Source of the DNA: Iphione sp. A-MEVVRFRX5
Lineage: Eukaryota
Direction of reading: 5' to 3'
DNA length: 64,000 nucleotides
Assembly: GCA_976226885.1 (NCBI GenBank)
Contig: OZ320314.1
Span: forward strand, 67,332,001 to 67,396,000
Shown here piece by piece: positions 37,929 to 50,164 of this stretch. The translations under genes and the position numbers were made by a program. Position 1 is the first letter of the stretch. Each line of letters starts with the position of its first letter. The notes beneath the pieces are model-generated. The model did no database searches. It saw only the letters and a program-made list of their open reading frames with translations, and was not told where the DNA came from.

Positions 37929-39420
37929 TCAGAGAAGTATGATATTACAATTCGACAATTCGACTTTTTTCCCAGTTTTGATGGGTGACACCAGGGAAAT
38001 ATTCTTGGGAACAACAATGTCTAGCATTTCTTCATCAATCATAGAGGCGATTTCGAGAGTGATGTAATTTGGTTTGAATGGAAAGGGGGAAACTATTTGG
38101 GGGGGAGACACTGGAACTCGTTCTATATCTGACCATCCTGGAGTAGACATTGTGGATGTACTGGGGTTTGTACATATAGGAGTAGATTGTGATGCACATG
38201 GAGTTATTGGCATGGTCGAAGTTGTGGGAATTTTGGACACTTTGGGAGGGGGGCTGCAAAGAATCATCCTCTTTTCCAGATCAAATGAGGGCCTTTTGTA
38301 CAGTTTTACAGCATTGGATCGATGCCCACTCATGGAATTGATGGCCTATTCATCAAATGAGTTCTCGAAGAGGGTGGTGTAACATGTCACTTTGCCTGAG
38401 TGCCCTGATATATTTTTACCTTCGGTACTAAGCCCTCCAGGCTGAATTATTGACACCATGTATCCTGACAATTTGTTGATTCTTACGTGTTGGATGATGA
38501 ACATTACATTGCCATTGACATTTTGCATAGGACACTTGTAAAAACATCCCACTCTGGGTACAGCATCCAAATTAGCTCTGAAAATTTTCACAACACATCT
38601 TTCATTATCAGGCTGGCCATAGTGTTTGACGACCCTGGGGGCTGCTTTAGATGTTACTTTTGCTGTTACAGTTTTGGCTACTCTGCCATTGTATTGTTAA
38701 TATTTGGGACTCTTTCTCGACCAAATGGGTACTGTTCTACCATCAAAGTGACATGTCTTTTCCCCAGAATCTAAACACCGTACAATTGTAAAAATACACT
38801 GCATGTGACAATGCTTGGGCTGTTTCAAATCCAATAACACCTGATTCCCATAGGTGTGATTCTTTGTCAAGAGTGATAGGTCTGCTCGAATGGGTTGGAC
38901 TAGCACACCGCATCCAATGAAACACTTGCGTCTAGCGTCCAGAGCATCATGAAATCGTTTAAAGTTGACATCATCCTGCTTTAGAAGCCAAATATTGGAT
39001 CTCCCCATAACATCTCTCATGTAGCGCTCTATAGATGCTGCTATGTTGGTCAGGGTCCCTGAAAAATATAAATAATATCCATAAGATTCTGGGGCAAATA
39101 CTGCCCTTAGATCTAAGAATCTTAAAACGTACTACATGTACTTACCAGGAGGGTATGCAGACCCATCCCTTTTCCTAATTTTGGTTATGAATCTTGACAA
39201 CCAATAATCTAAAGGGTCCAAATCATCTGTGTCCAAAGCAGGAGCCGGCCCTTCGGGATCCTGTCTTGATCGTGAATATTCATTTTGCCTGGTGCACCAC
39301 TCCTTAAATATACCATGTTACACTGGGATCACCCTCAAGGCTCTGGATTTCTGGAAATCGATCACTTTGGCCTTGATTTGGTTTATCTATGTTTGCAGGG
39401 TGAAGGCATGAGTGCCTACT
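37929..39420 (-). pseudogene. Crypton-type (DUF3504-like) tyrosine recombinase pseudogene, copy 1, with an 87-bp intron (39145-39059)
   Basis: WLSRFITKIRKRDGSAYPP|GTLTNIAASIERYMRD, FKRFHDALDARRK, SHLWESGVIG....QALSHAVYFYNC, HSGKVTCYTTLFENSFDE, SGHRSNAVKLYKR, terminal LSNCNIIL. Frameshifts and stops present. Confidence 0.75.
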
Positions 39421-42400
39421 GATGATATACCTAAAACAGGTGTCCGTTCACTAGGGTACTATTTAAATTACCGTAGGATTTCCCACTTCTCAAGAATGAC
39501 ATGACCACACTTAGAATAATGAGATTTATTCAAAGAGAGATACAATGTGTCATGTACAACAGCAAGGTGTGAAATGGTGACATCCCTGAGGAACCCCTCT
39601 TATATACACCCACTATCCTCAGGATGCTACTCCACCCGTCCCCATACCACACACTGCATGCCAATGCCCATGCCGCATGCCGCACATCATGCCACATCAG
39701 GCACATCGTGGCTACACTGCCCTCCCTCTAGAGGGGTGCTTGTCTCAAGCATTCAACACAGAACCAGTCCAACTTGAACCGGCAACAGAAAAACATCATG
39801 TGCACTGGACATCAACCAGACCCCAGGCAACATTCCTGTCCACAACTCTCTGGAATCCACCTGGACATGTCCATCCTCTGTCGCCACCTCATGCCAGATA
39901 CCTAGCCTCGACCTTGGGTGAGGACTACCCCATGGTTGGAGTGCCACCTAGCAAACTCCAACCCAGTCACCAGTGGCCATGCTCTACGGAAACGCAGGTT
40001 TTGGTGGATGGAGACCTTGACCTGTCCCTGTGTCAGCACCTGCAGGTCCAGGGCACTGCCATATTCAAGCAGCTCCCACCCAGCAGGAAGTGTTGTCCCG
40101 GCCAACACCAGGTGGGCGGTCTCCCAAACATACACCAAGTCTGGGATGGCCTCCTCCAGACCAGCAGGGCTGGAGATGTCCTGCAGTGTCCATGGGGTGA
40201 CGTGCCCACATGCACTCTGACCAGTGTATTCAGGGCTGAAGTCTGAGAGGGCAGCCAGGCAGACACAGGCAAGGGGGGGACCCGGTAACCTGAGGTGCAC
40301 CAGAGGGTTACCCATGCTACGGCCAGCCAGCCCCACCAGCACAGGCATCGAGTGTCCGGGAGCGTTCAGTCCTGTTTTGCCTCTCCCTGTTCTGGGCGCA
40401 TCACCATTGTCCCCCTCGGGCTCCTCTGGTGCTGGACAGGTAGGAGTCGCCTCTTGCTGATCAGAAGTCGCAGCATCCCCGACCGGTCCTGCCTCGCCTC
40501 TCTTTGCCCTGGGTGCAGCACCATCATCCCCCTCCTGTTCTTCTGTTGCCAGAAGGGTGGGTGTTGCCTCCTGCTTATCGGACGTCACAGGGTCAATGAC
40601 CAGGGATGTGTTCCCTTGGGGATAGGTGGCTGTTGCTCCATGACCACCAATGTCTTCTGGTCGGTCCCCTCCTCATCCATGGCAGTGGGTTGCTCTGTCA
40701 CAGGTACCTCTGGACTGCCAGACCCGTATCACTGACCCTGCGAAGTCCCGGGCACTCCTCCTTCATCCTTGTCTGCTGCTGCATGAGCAACCCTACACTG
40801 CCTGAGGTTCCTCTGTGAGGGGCTGATCTGGGGTGGCCATGGGGGTGACAGAGTCCCTTGCTGCTGTCGTGCTGACCACCTGCTGCTCCCTTCCATCCAT
40901 GGCTGGTGGGCCAGTGTTGAGGACAATGCTACAAGGAATAGCCCCTCAGGACCCTCCTCCTCCAAATCATCCTCAAACAGCTCCTGGAAGTCCATCTTCT
41001 CTGCATTGCCCCCCCCCCCCCCCGAGTCTGAGCTGATATCCTTGATCATGTAGACTCCGACAGTTTGCCCTCACCAGCCGAGTCATCAGTGACACCTCCT
41101 GTTGCGCTGCTGGGAGGGGTGTCTCTGGGGGGTGGTTTGGCTTGCTCTGGTCTTCTCAGCTAGTGCCCTACCCCGGGCCGAAGGCCACCTGCCGGTGGCT
41201 GGCAACCCCAATGGTGTAGATGGCCCGGGGTGCCGCCCTGCTGGTATATGGAAGGCCGCCCTGCCCCACCCACCGGTCTCTGGGGTTGCCTAGCACCGGC
41301 ACTTCCCGATGGCCAGAAGGTGCCTGGCAGTCGCCTGACATGAGGGAGGGCTCTGTCGAGTGGCCTGCCTCTCCTGAGGGGGTATCCTCCTGCAGGGACC
41401 CCTCCAGAGTCCTTGGTCTCCATCGTGCTGGTGTCGAAGAGGTCCTGCTCATCGCAGCTGGTATTGTGGAATGCTGAATGACCTCCCTTTGGCATGGCCA
41501 GGACGGCCGCTCGGATGTGCCCTCCTCAGAGGAGCTGGGTGGGAGTGCCGGTGCCTTGCATTTCTTTCCCAAGTATCCTGTCTGGCATCGTGGGCAGTGT
41601 GGGGCCGAGTCCCCCCAGCCTGGAGGTGCCCGGCAGATGATGAGGAGCCTGGCCTAGGCTGGTGTGCGGGGGCCCGGGTGCTGGATGTAGGGGCCACCAC
41701 AGGGGGGGGATTGCCTTCAACTGCCGTGCTGGGGGTGCTGTCCCAGTACTTTCCTTGGTGGTTGGCCCTCTGGCTGGAGGAGTCTGCCCCAGATGAAATG
41801 GTGTCTGTGATGAGGACAAGTCTTTCTTTCGCGCCTTCCCCTCCTTCTTCCGCACCAACTTTAAGTGATCCCCATATTCTTCTGGGCACGGGACTAAATC
41901 TCCCCTAGTCAGATTCAGGCTGTGAAACTGGAGGTACTCAACGTTGATGGACTGGGACAGTGCACGGAGAGCCGCCACCCCATGGATCTTCTCGAGGTGG
42001 TGCTTCCAATCCATCCTCTGGTGGAACGCCAGGTTCTTGCATTTGACCTCTTGGCAGATCCACCTGAAGCCCTCCCGGCGGTGGACATCCTGTGCATGGC
42101 CCTAAAGGTTGGACAGCTGCACGAAGCCCACTCCACACTCCTTGCAGATGTGGGGGGACTCGTTGCTTCATCATTGCTGCTGGGGGCAGGCACGACCTCA
42201 TCCTCACTGCTGGAGGGGAGTGTGGGCTGCTCCTCATCTGTTAGCTGGTTGGCTGTCGATACTTCCTCGGTCATCCCCCAGTCGCACGGGGACAGGACAA
42301 CATGGCACTCTTTCATGCTGCGATGGTGTTGTTCATCGATGGCACTGTGGCAGTCATCCAATGAGGTGTTGTCTGAGTGCCACACACTGCTGCTGCATGG

Positions 42401-43043
42401 CAAGCTACTGCAGCTTGGTGAACTGGTGTGGCATGCGTCAGATGCTGCACGGTATGATGAACCCAGGTGCAGTGGCATGGTCCGAGCTGCAGAGAAAGAA
42501 ACACCATGAGTGCTGTGGCATAACGGTGATGTCCCTCTGATCATATTCCAAATGGACTGGAATTACCCTGCAGCATGCCCCAACCCAGCTACCCAACGTG
42601 GCTTACTACTGCCGCTATGCCCGGTATTATCACCCATAATACACGATCGTTTCACCTCACTGCAGGGATTTGATGCTGCTGCTGTTGGATCACTATGCCC
42701 AGGTGGATTATCCACAACTTCCTGCCACTTGCTAGCTGCCGTTGCATTGCCGCAAAGACATGAATCCACGTGGGAGGGTGCCCGATGTGCTCCAGTGGCA
42801 GTCCAGTTGGCAAATGCTGTGGTATTTAAGCTGATAGTCGTATATTGACAACACAACTTTATGAATGCAGCCTTTTCATAATACACTAGCGGACTTGGTA
42901 TCTTCACCTCTTCACGTCTGATGCAAACAACCAATGTATATACTACTAGACTATCCACACCCGTTCAGAAAGCATGAAAACCGTGCTCTTGAAAATACTA
43001 ATTGACGTCTGAGGCATACAGCTTTGTACAAGATTAGTTTTTC
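38171..43043 (+). repeat. Segmental duplication copy 1 (matches 52914-57786; offset 14,743)
   Basis: Near-identical ORF sets in both copies; roughly 15 substitutions and small homopolymer indels counted by eye. Confidence 0.97.
39525..42566 (-). pseudogene. Decayed 2xC2H2 zinc-finger accessory cassette, copy 1 (80-bp 5' intron 42566-42487, ATG 42478, AATAAA 39530-39525)
   Basis: HICKECGVGFVQLSNL*GHAQDVH and WICQEVKCKNLAFHQRMDWKHHLEKIH at about 41980-42150. In-frame TAG at 42104-42102, frameshifts, and a TpG/CpA-rich composition. Confidence 0.6.
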
Positions 43044-43417
43044 TGGTCAAACAAAGTAAGTGCAGGAGTACTGGACTCGGTGCACATGCACTAAGGGTCG
43101 CTGTGGTACCACAGCCACCCCTGGATTTAAAACAAACTACCCTGGAGTCTCAAAGATCTCTTGTGATTGGATCGGCAGCACTCGGCTGTGGTCCCACAGC
43201 CCAAAAAGTGATACTTTGCTCTCTCCTGGTTGGTGGGTTAGTTGAAAGGGCTGTTAAAGAAGGTAACAATGTATTTTCTTACTCTGTTACTGACAGATGA
43301 TTGGCTAGTGCCTGGATTGGAGAAAAGATATAAATATGAGAGTGAACCTGAATAAAGACAGTTTTGAATCAGGACTCAGAGTTGTCAGTTCTTTATTGAA
43401 CCCAAGTAGAAACTACA
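43043..43417 (+). mobile_element. Gypsy 5' LTR, truncated by loss of its first 103 bp
   Basis: Matches 58043-58417; ends ACTACA; contains TATAAA and AATAAA; followed by the PBS. Confidence 0.92.
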
Positions 43418-43418
43418 C

Positions 43419-43436
43419 TGGTGTCAGAAGTGGGAT
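43419..43436 (+). promoter_or_regulatory. Primer-binding site TGGTGTCAGAAGTGGGAT, complementary to the 3' end of tRNA-Leu
   Basis: Begins 1 nt after the LTR-terminal CA; reverse complement ATCCCACTTCTGACACCA is the known 3' end of metazoan tRNA-Leu(CAA). Confidence 0.88.
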
Positions 43437-43448
43437 CCACTGTACATC

Positions 43449-44311
43449 ATGGCTACCAAGTTTGTGGCAGTTGACGACGAGGTACAGTTGCGCGTACCGG
43501 ATGCGGACGAAGAAGAGGAAGCTGAACCTTACGTGTTAGCCCCAGAGGAGCCACTGCGCACCAACGCCATGAAGCCCGAGCGATTCGATGGCAGCGTAGT
43601 CGACTGGGACAGCTGGATTGTCCAGTTTGTCGAATGGGCAGATGCATGCAAGTGGAGTCCGAACACAAGAGCTTCAGCACTGGCTCTGTCGTTGACTGGC
43701 ACCGCCCGAATGTACTTTGGAGACCTCCCATCGGAGGACAAGGCCGACTTTGAGTCCAGGGTAGCCGCCTTGGAAAAGCGGTTTGGGCGTCGACGTAATC
43801 GAGTGACGGCTATGCAAGACCTGTCCACAATCCGCAGGCAGAAAGGGGAGGATGCTAAGGGGTTTGCTGACAAAGTCCGACGACTTGTACGCACCGCGTA
43901 CCCCGATGTGAGTGCGGAAACACGAGAATTAGCAGCAGTGTCGGCCTTCCAACGGGCACTCCCAGACGACCTGCATTTGAAATGTTTAGAAGCCCAATGC
44001 AAGACCATGGAGGCTGCACTACAGGTAGTGGAGATCCAGGAGCGGTTCCCCGCGAGGAGAGTGAATGCCGTACAAGCAAGTGGCAACAAGGATTCTAACA
44101 GCCCAGCACCCAAGGACATGGTGGAAGTCCTAATGCAGGAGTTTGCCTACGGGAGGAAATGCGACCTCAGAGGTCTCGGCCCAGGGACAATTTGTGTTTC
44201 ATCTGCAAGCAACCGGGTCACTGGAAGAGAGATTGCCCGAAAGCCCCACAGCAAGCATCGAACGCTACAGGGCCCAAACCATCGGAAAACACACAGCAGT
44301 CGGCTCAGTAG
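43449..44311 (+). pseudogene. gag: Gypsy gag with one frameshift near 44145 ahead of the CCHC zinc knuckle
   Basis: MKPERFDGSVVDWDSWIVQF...LALSLTGTA capsid-like region. CFICKQPGHWKRDC (44195-44236) lies in the -1 frame relative to the gag ATG; TAG at 44309-44311. Confidence 0.85.
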
Positions 44312-47300
44312 GCCAGGGGACACCGACTGCATCTGTCCACCGGGAGGTGATAATGGAATACGGCCAGGGACCACATCTCAAGGTAAGCTGTGGTGGGAGG
44401 ACACTCCTACTGCTTATTGATACGGGTGCTGAAGTTTCCATTATGAATCCCTGTGTGGTCCCTGGCCCAGTTGTTAAGAGGGCTGCTGTGAAGGTTATGG
44501 GGGTAGGGGGTCATATCCTGCCAACGGTAGGGAGAGAGGAAGTTCAGGTAGGGATTGCTGGAAAAGAATTCAAACACCACTTCCTGTTAGCAGAGATAGA
44601 AGGGGATGGGATATTGGGGGCAGATTTCTTGACCCAGCATGGCACTGTCATTGACCTGTCAAAGGGTGAGGTTTTGTTTGGGGGGACCCCTAGGGGGAAG
44701 GAACAGACCAGAGGAGTTAAGGTACTGAGGGCAGCCTCCGATATTACGGTTCCCCCTGGGGAAGGGGTGGGGATCCCAGTGTCTCCCAGTGGAGAGGGCC
44801 CATTCTTGGTAGAGGGCTTAGAGGAGGGTCGGTTATTACAAGGGGTGGTAGGAGTGCGCTGCATTGTAAGCCAGGTGCTGCCCGTGTGGAACACTGGGGA
44901 GAGGGAACTGTTGATCCAACAGGGGACATCCCTAGCTCTTGGCTCGCCAGTGCAGAGGGAGGAGGTTACTGACTGCCCTCAAGATCACCCCCTGAAAGTG
45001 TCTACCACCAAGGTGGGGGCAGGAACCGTGATAGATGAGTTGATGGCCACTAAGACAGTTCACCTCACGGGAGGGGAACAGGGAGAGCTGCGGGTGGTGC
45101 TAGAACAGCACAGGGGGGCCTTTGCACAACACAAAGGTGATTTGGGTTGTACGGACGTGGTGCAACATCGTATTTGTACGGGGGAGTCAGGTCCCATTAA
45201 ACAGCAACCCCGGCGCCTGCCCCTGTCAAAGAGACAGGAAGAACAGCAACTAGTAAGGGAGATGGCAGAGGCCGGGGTCATTGTCGAGAGCCAGAGCCCC
45301 TGGGCAAGTCCCTTAGTCATGGTACGCAAGAAGGATGGGACTACTCGTTTCTGTGTCGACTACCGGAAACTAAACCAACAGACGAAGGTTGACGCGTATC
45401 CCCTACCCCGAGTTGATGATTCGTTAAGCGCACTGGCGGGAGCTCGGTACTTTTGCTCGTTAGACTTAGCATCGGGCTATTGGCAGGTTAAGATGGATCC
45501 GCGGGACCAGGAAAAGACGGCCTTCACCACATCCTCTGGGTTGTACGAGTTTACGGTGATGCCGTTTGGGCTGGTCAACGCTCCTGCTACGTTTGAGCGC
45601 TTGATGGACACGGTGCTCAGGGGACTGACCTGGGAGCAATGCCTAGTCTATCTGGACGACGTATTGGTATTTGGGCGGGATTTTGGGGAGACGCTAGCTC
45701 GGTTGGATCGGGTGCTCTCTCGAATTGAGGCTGCTGGCTTAAAATTGAAACCGGCTAAGTGCCGTTTGTTCCTTGAGGAGGTTCCTTTCCTGGGACATCG
45801 GGTGTCCTATCGGGGGAATTCAGCGGACCCCGGGAAGGTGCAGTGTATACAGGAGTGGCCGAGGCCGACCTCCACTACCGAAGTAAGAGCCTTCCTCGGA
45901 CTTTGTTCCTACTACCGCCGACTGGTGGCTCATTTTGCCGACCTAGCAGCACCCCTACACCGGCTGACTAGCCCCCGGACCCGGTTTTATTGGGGCCCCG
46001 AGGAAGAGGAGGCCTTCGAATCTTTGAAACAGGCATTGCAGGCCAGTCCCGTGCTGGGCTACCCGATGCCTAAGGGACGTTTTTATTTGGACACAGACGC
46101 CAGCAATGTAGGGCTTGGAGCCGTGCTTTCCCAAGAGCAGGAAGGCCAGGAGGTAGTCCTCGCATACTTTAGTCGCAGCCTCACGTCACCGGAACGGAGG
46201 TATTGTGTGATGCGGAGGGAGCTGCTGGCAGTGGTAGCTGCTTTGAAACATTTTCATTTTTTTATATACGGGCAGGAGGTCACGGTGCGGACGGACAATG
46301 GGGCGGTTAGCTGGTTGAGCCGTATTCGGGACCCTGAGGGGCAGTTAGCCCGATGGCTGGAGAGAATCGGTCAATATCACCTCCACCTTCAGCACCGGCC
46401 AGGGCGCTTACATGGTAATGCGGATGCTCTATCCCGAATGCCGTGTAAACAGTGCAAGCAAGAGCATGGGGTCGAGGTACGAGTCGTCACCCGAGGCTGC
46501 ACCCAAGGGGCGGCAGATCGCGCCCTTCGGGGTGCGCAGCTGGACGACCCAGATATTGGACCTATCCTGACGCTGAAGGAGGATACGTCTGGTAAGCCAG
46601 AGTGGGAGAACATTTCTCCCTTGTCAAGGGCGGCCAAGAAACTATGGCAGCAGTGGGACCGTCTGGTGGTCCAAGAGGGGCTGCTATACCGGCGGTGGCA
46701 TGAGCTCGAAGCCTCAAGAACACGCTTGCAGCTGGTACTCCCTGCGCAGCGACGAGTCAAGGCTATCGAAGAAATCCACCAAGGCCGGATGGGTAGCCAC
46801 TTAGGGGTAGACCGTACCACCTTCTTGGTGTCTTTGGCATATTATTGGCCTGGGATGCAACAAGATATACAAAACTTCTGTGCGAAATGCCACTGTGCCC
46901 TCCTCACAGTAAACCCCTTCCGCCCACAGACGACGCTGCGCACTTATGTGTCCGGGGAGCCAATGGAGAGATGGTCCATGGACGTGGCCGGTCCATTCCC
47001 CCATACCAAGCGGGGCAACTGTTATATCTTAATGGTGGGGGACCACTTCACTAAATGGCTAGAGGCCTTCCCACTGCCTGATCAGAGGGCAACCCGGATA
47101 GCACAAGTACTAGTGGAGGAGGTGGTCTCTCGGTATGGATGTTTCATGGAGCTCCACAGCGACAGAGGGACCAACTTCTGCGGCGAAGTTGTTTCTGCTC
47201 TGTGCGAGTTCCTGCAAATCCAGCGAACCAAGACGACCCCTAGGCACCCCCAAGGGGACGGATTTATCGAAAGAAGCTTTCGCACGCTAGGGAAAATGAT

Positions 47301-47874
47301 TAAAGCCCACTGCCATGATACCGACGACGACTGGGACGAAGCGCTCCCACTGCTTATGATGGCGTACTGAGCTTCCCCCCAAGCCAGTACTGGCTTCACA
47401 CCTAACTTCCTGATGTTCGGTCGGGGGGTGGTCCTGCCAGCGCATGCGATGGATGGCCTCCCTCTTAGCGAGTGGGAGGGGAAGGAACGGGTGACTATGC
47501 CAGAGTGGGTACAGCGCCTTCAACGCCAGCTGAAGAGGGCTTACCAGACGGTCCGGGAGCACTTGGTAAAGGCTGCACGGACGCAGGCTAGAGGATATGA
47601 TCACCGGGCAAAAGGGGAACCCCTACAGGAAGGGGACGCGGTGTGGTTACACGAAGCTCAACCACCCAGAGGGAAGAGCCCTAAAGTATACTTGCCCTGG
47701 ACGGGTCCATGGCTCGTCACCAAGGTGCTGGACCCAGAGCGATTGGTGGTCCAACGGGCAGCCCGGGCTCGCCCCAAGGTGGTGCACTGGAATCGCCTAC
47801 GACTGTATCGTGGGGAGATACCTCGTTGGATCGCGTCTTGGCTGCGGCGCGCGAATAAGGAAGGGAGCTCGTAA
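44284..47874 (+). pseudogene. pol: Ty3/Gypsy pol (PR-RT-RNaseH-IN) with a single nonsense codon at 47368-47370
   Basis: LLIDTGA protease; FCVDYRKLN, MPFGL, YLDD; DTDAS and RRELLAVV RNaseH; H..H..C..C, MDVAGP, SDRGTNF, GFIER integrase; WTGPW GPY/F motif. YRAS has become Y*AS (CGA>TGA) and the frame stays open to 47874. The 5' boundary (-1 shift from gag) is approximate. Confidence 0.95.
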
Positions 47875-47914
47875 AAAGAAAAAAGTCTTCCAATGGAGGT
47901 CGGACTAGGGAGAG

Positions 47915-48295
47915 CAGAGAGCTCCAGGGAGGGGACACTGGACATCCCCGGGTACGGGACCCAATAGTTCCAGAGGGGGAGGCTGGACATCCATGGGTGT
48001 GGGACCCAAAAGCTCCAGAGGGGGGAGGCTGGACATCCTCGGGTGTGGGACCCAAAAGCTCCAGAGGGGGAGGCTGGACATCCCCGGGTGTGGGACCCAA
48101 AAGCTCCAGAGGGGGGAGGCTGGACATCCTCGGGTGTGGGACCCAAAAGCTCCAGAGGGGGAGGCTGGACAGCCCCGGGTGTGGGACCCAAAAGCTCCAG
48201 AGGGGGGAGGCTGGACATCCTCGGGTGTGGGACCCAAAAGCTCCAGGGGGGGAGGCTGGACATCCCCGGGTGTGGTACCCAAAAGTTCTAGGGGG
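47915..48295. repeat. G-rich 45/46-bp tandem repeat, about 8.5 units, after pol
   Basis: gggacc unit starts at 47956, 48001, 48047, 48092, 48138, 48183, 48229 and 48274. Confidence 0.95.
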
Positions 48296-48706
48296 GAGAA
48301 AAAGGGGGGAGCTCCCGGTTTCGGAAGGGCAGCCCTGCGGCCACTCGCAGTGTAGGCCCGTGGTAGCTGAGAAGTTGACAGACCATGAAGGTGGAACTGA
48401 CGGTGGAGCCGGCCTGGGCCAGAAGGAGACGGAGGTCTGACCAGGCTTTGTCCTCTGGGCGAGCCGGCACGCTATCAGGGGTAGAGCCAACCCGGACCAG
48501 AGTGTAAGAATTAGAACCTGGTCAGGTTATGTCCTCTGGTCGCTGCTACGGGATGACGAGCGGGGTGTTTATAGTTAAGTCTGAGAGCGAATGGAACATA
48601 GAGCGAACACAAGGGACAAATCAGTTAGCTGAAATTTATTTCAAGGTATGTCGGCCACGCAACTACAGAGTATTTAGCATGGGGAGTATAATTGCCATTC
48701 AAAGTC

Positions 48707-49576
48707 CTATTCCTCATCGGAGGAAGATACCAGAATGGGGCAGAAGGGGGCGTCGCCCCAACGAAGCTGACGATACCAGGCTGCCAGGGCGGGAGTCAAA
48801 ATCGCCGAGAAGGGCACATGACCTCCCGGAGGGGAAGTCCCCAGGGGTGAGGAGCCGCAGGAGACGTCATCGCCTGTCTCGGGGGTAGTGCATTCTGGCC
48901 TCGTGACAGCCAGAGACGGAGGCAGTACAGAGTCTTTTCCTGACGGGGCGGGTGACGGCCCCGGGCTTGGAGAGGAGCGTCCCGATCCATCCGCTGGGGG
49001 TGGTGACGCGCCCATCACGGAGAGGTCCTGGTGGGATCCCCAGGGGTCCAGACGACTGCTGGTAAGGGATGAGGGGCTGTCGGTGCTATACCCGGAAGCA
49101 CTGGAGGAGGGAGAAGCCGGTGGGGGCAGCGGGGTGGTGTAGCAAGCAGCCCAGTCTGATGGGGCGGGCATCGTTGGCGGGGGCCGCGCCGAGCCAGGAG
49201 GGGCGACTGGGCGTACCACCAGGTCAATCACGTGAAGCGGTCCCAGGAAGATCAGACGACCCGGAACGGACAAGATGAAGGGGGCATCTATGATCTCATG
49301 GGTGCCGGAAACTCGTACCACCGGCCCTTCTGTATGAATGTTCACGCCAGAGGGAGTTGACCCGGGCAGGGTGGGTCGATAGCGGAGCCTGGGGAAGAGA
49401 AAATAGGCAGGAAAAATGAAGATGGGTCTGGCTGACACTAAACCCCAGGAAGGGGCGATGTTAGATAACACTTAGAACGAATGGAAGTAGAGGAAGAGTT
49501 ATCCAAACACTCACAGGCGATAAGGCCGAAGAGCGGTAGCAGGAAGGTGCCCAAACGCGGTCCCTCGACTGGTCAT
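48707..49576 (-). CDS. Gypsy antisense accessory gene, coding exons 49576-49515 and 49388-48707, about 247 aa; 5'UTR intron 49707-49590
   Basis: GTGAGT donor at 49514 and long-pyrimidine ccccAG acceptor at 49389 join in phase 2. The upstream intron has a GTATCC donor, an actaat branch-like motif, a T25 tract and tttcAG. Protein ends ...PILVSSSDEE*. Confidence 0.68.
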
Positions 49577-49806
49577 GGCTGGGTTTAGGCTGAAAAAAAA
49601 AGGGAGGAACCCGTGAAAAAAAAAAAAAAAAAAAAAAAAACGATTTGTCATTAGTTCAGCTAGTTCAAAGATGTTAAACAGTTGCCATTCCTACATAAGA
49701 TGGATACCTGTAGAACTGGGGTAGCTGGAAGGGGTAGCTGGAAGGATAGAGAAGCCTGGTGAGGTGCATTAAGAGTCCAGATGAAGCAGGCTGGCCGTAG
49801 CCCATC

Positions 49807-50164
49807 TTATTTATATTTGGGGGGAGCGCAGTGAGCCAAGATGATTGGCTACGGCGGGCAGCGAAGATCGTGTATGTGGTGCCACAGATATCATTGGCGT
49901 TCGAGCGATTGGCTGGGAGGATAACCACTTGTACTGTGGTGCCACAGAGATCCAACATAACGGGAGATTGGTGGGATCGGGGGAAATAACCGATACAATG
50001 TATCAGGTGAACGGGCTGTGGAACCACAGGCGGGGAGGGGGTGTCGCCCTCTGGAGGGAGAACGCAGCGAAAGTGCCTGTGGTGCCACAGCCGAAGGAAG
50101 GGAAATAGGGTGGTGTAGCACAGTTTTGTCCTATCCCTACCAGTCCCCTAATGATAATATAAAA
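49807..50164. promoter_or_regulatory. Putative divergent internal promoter of the Gypsy element
   Basis: TATAAAT on the minus strand (49813-49807) and TATAAAA on the plus strand (~50158-50164) flank several ATTGG (CCAAT) boxes and four CTGTGG-NN-CCACAG palindromes. Confidence 0.62.

Noticed and set aside
44143-44283. ORF-track start of pol at 44143
   Set aside because: This stretch encodes the gag zinc knuckle in another frame and is not a true pol initiation site.
47658-48490. Several ORFs of 82-257 aa over the G-rich repeat
   Set aside because: By-products of a stop-poor tandem repeat.
49593-49640. Purine tract and A25 as the Gypsy PPT or a retrocopy poly(A) tail
   Set aside because: No LTR or TSD follows. 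On the minus strand it is the pyrimidine tract of the acceptor at 49590.
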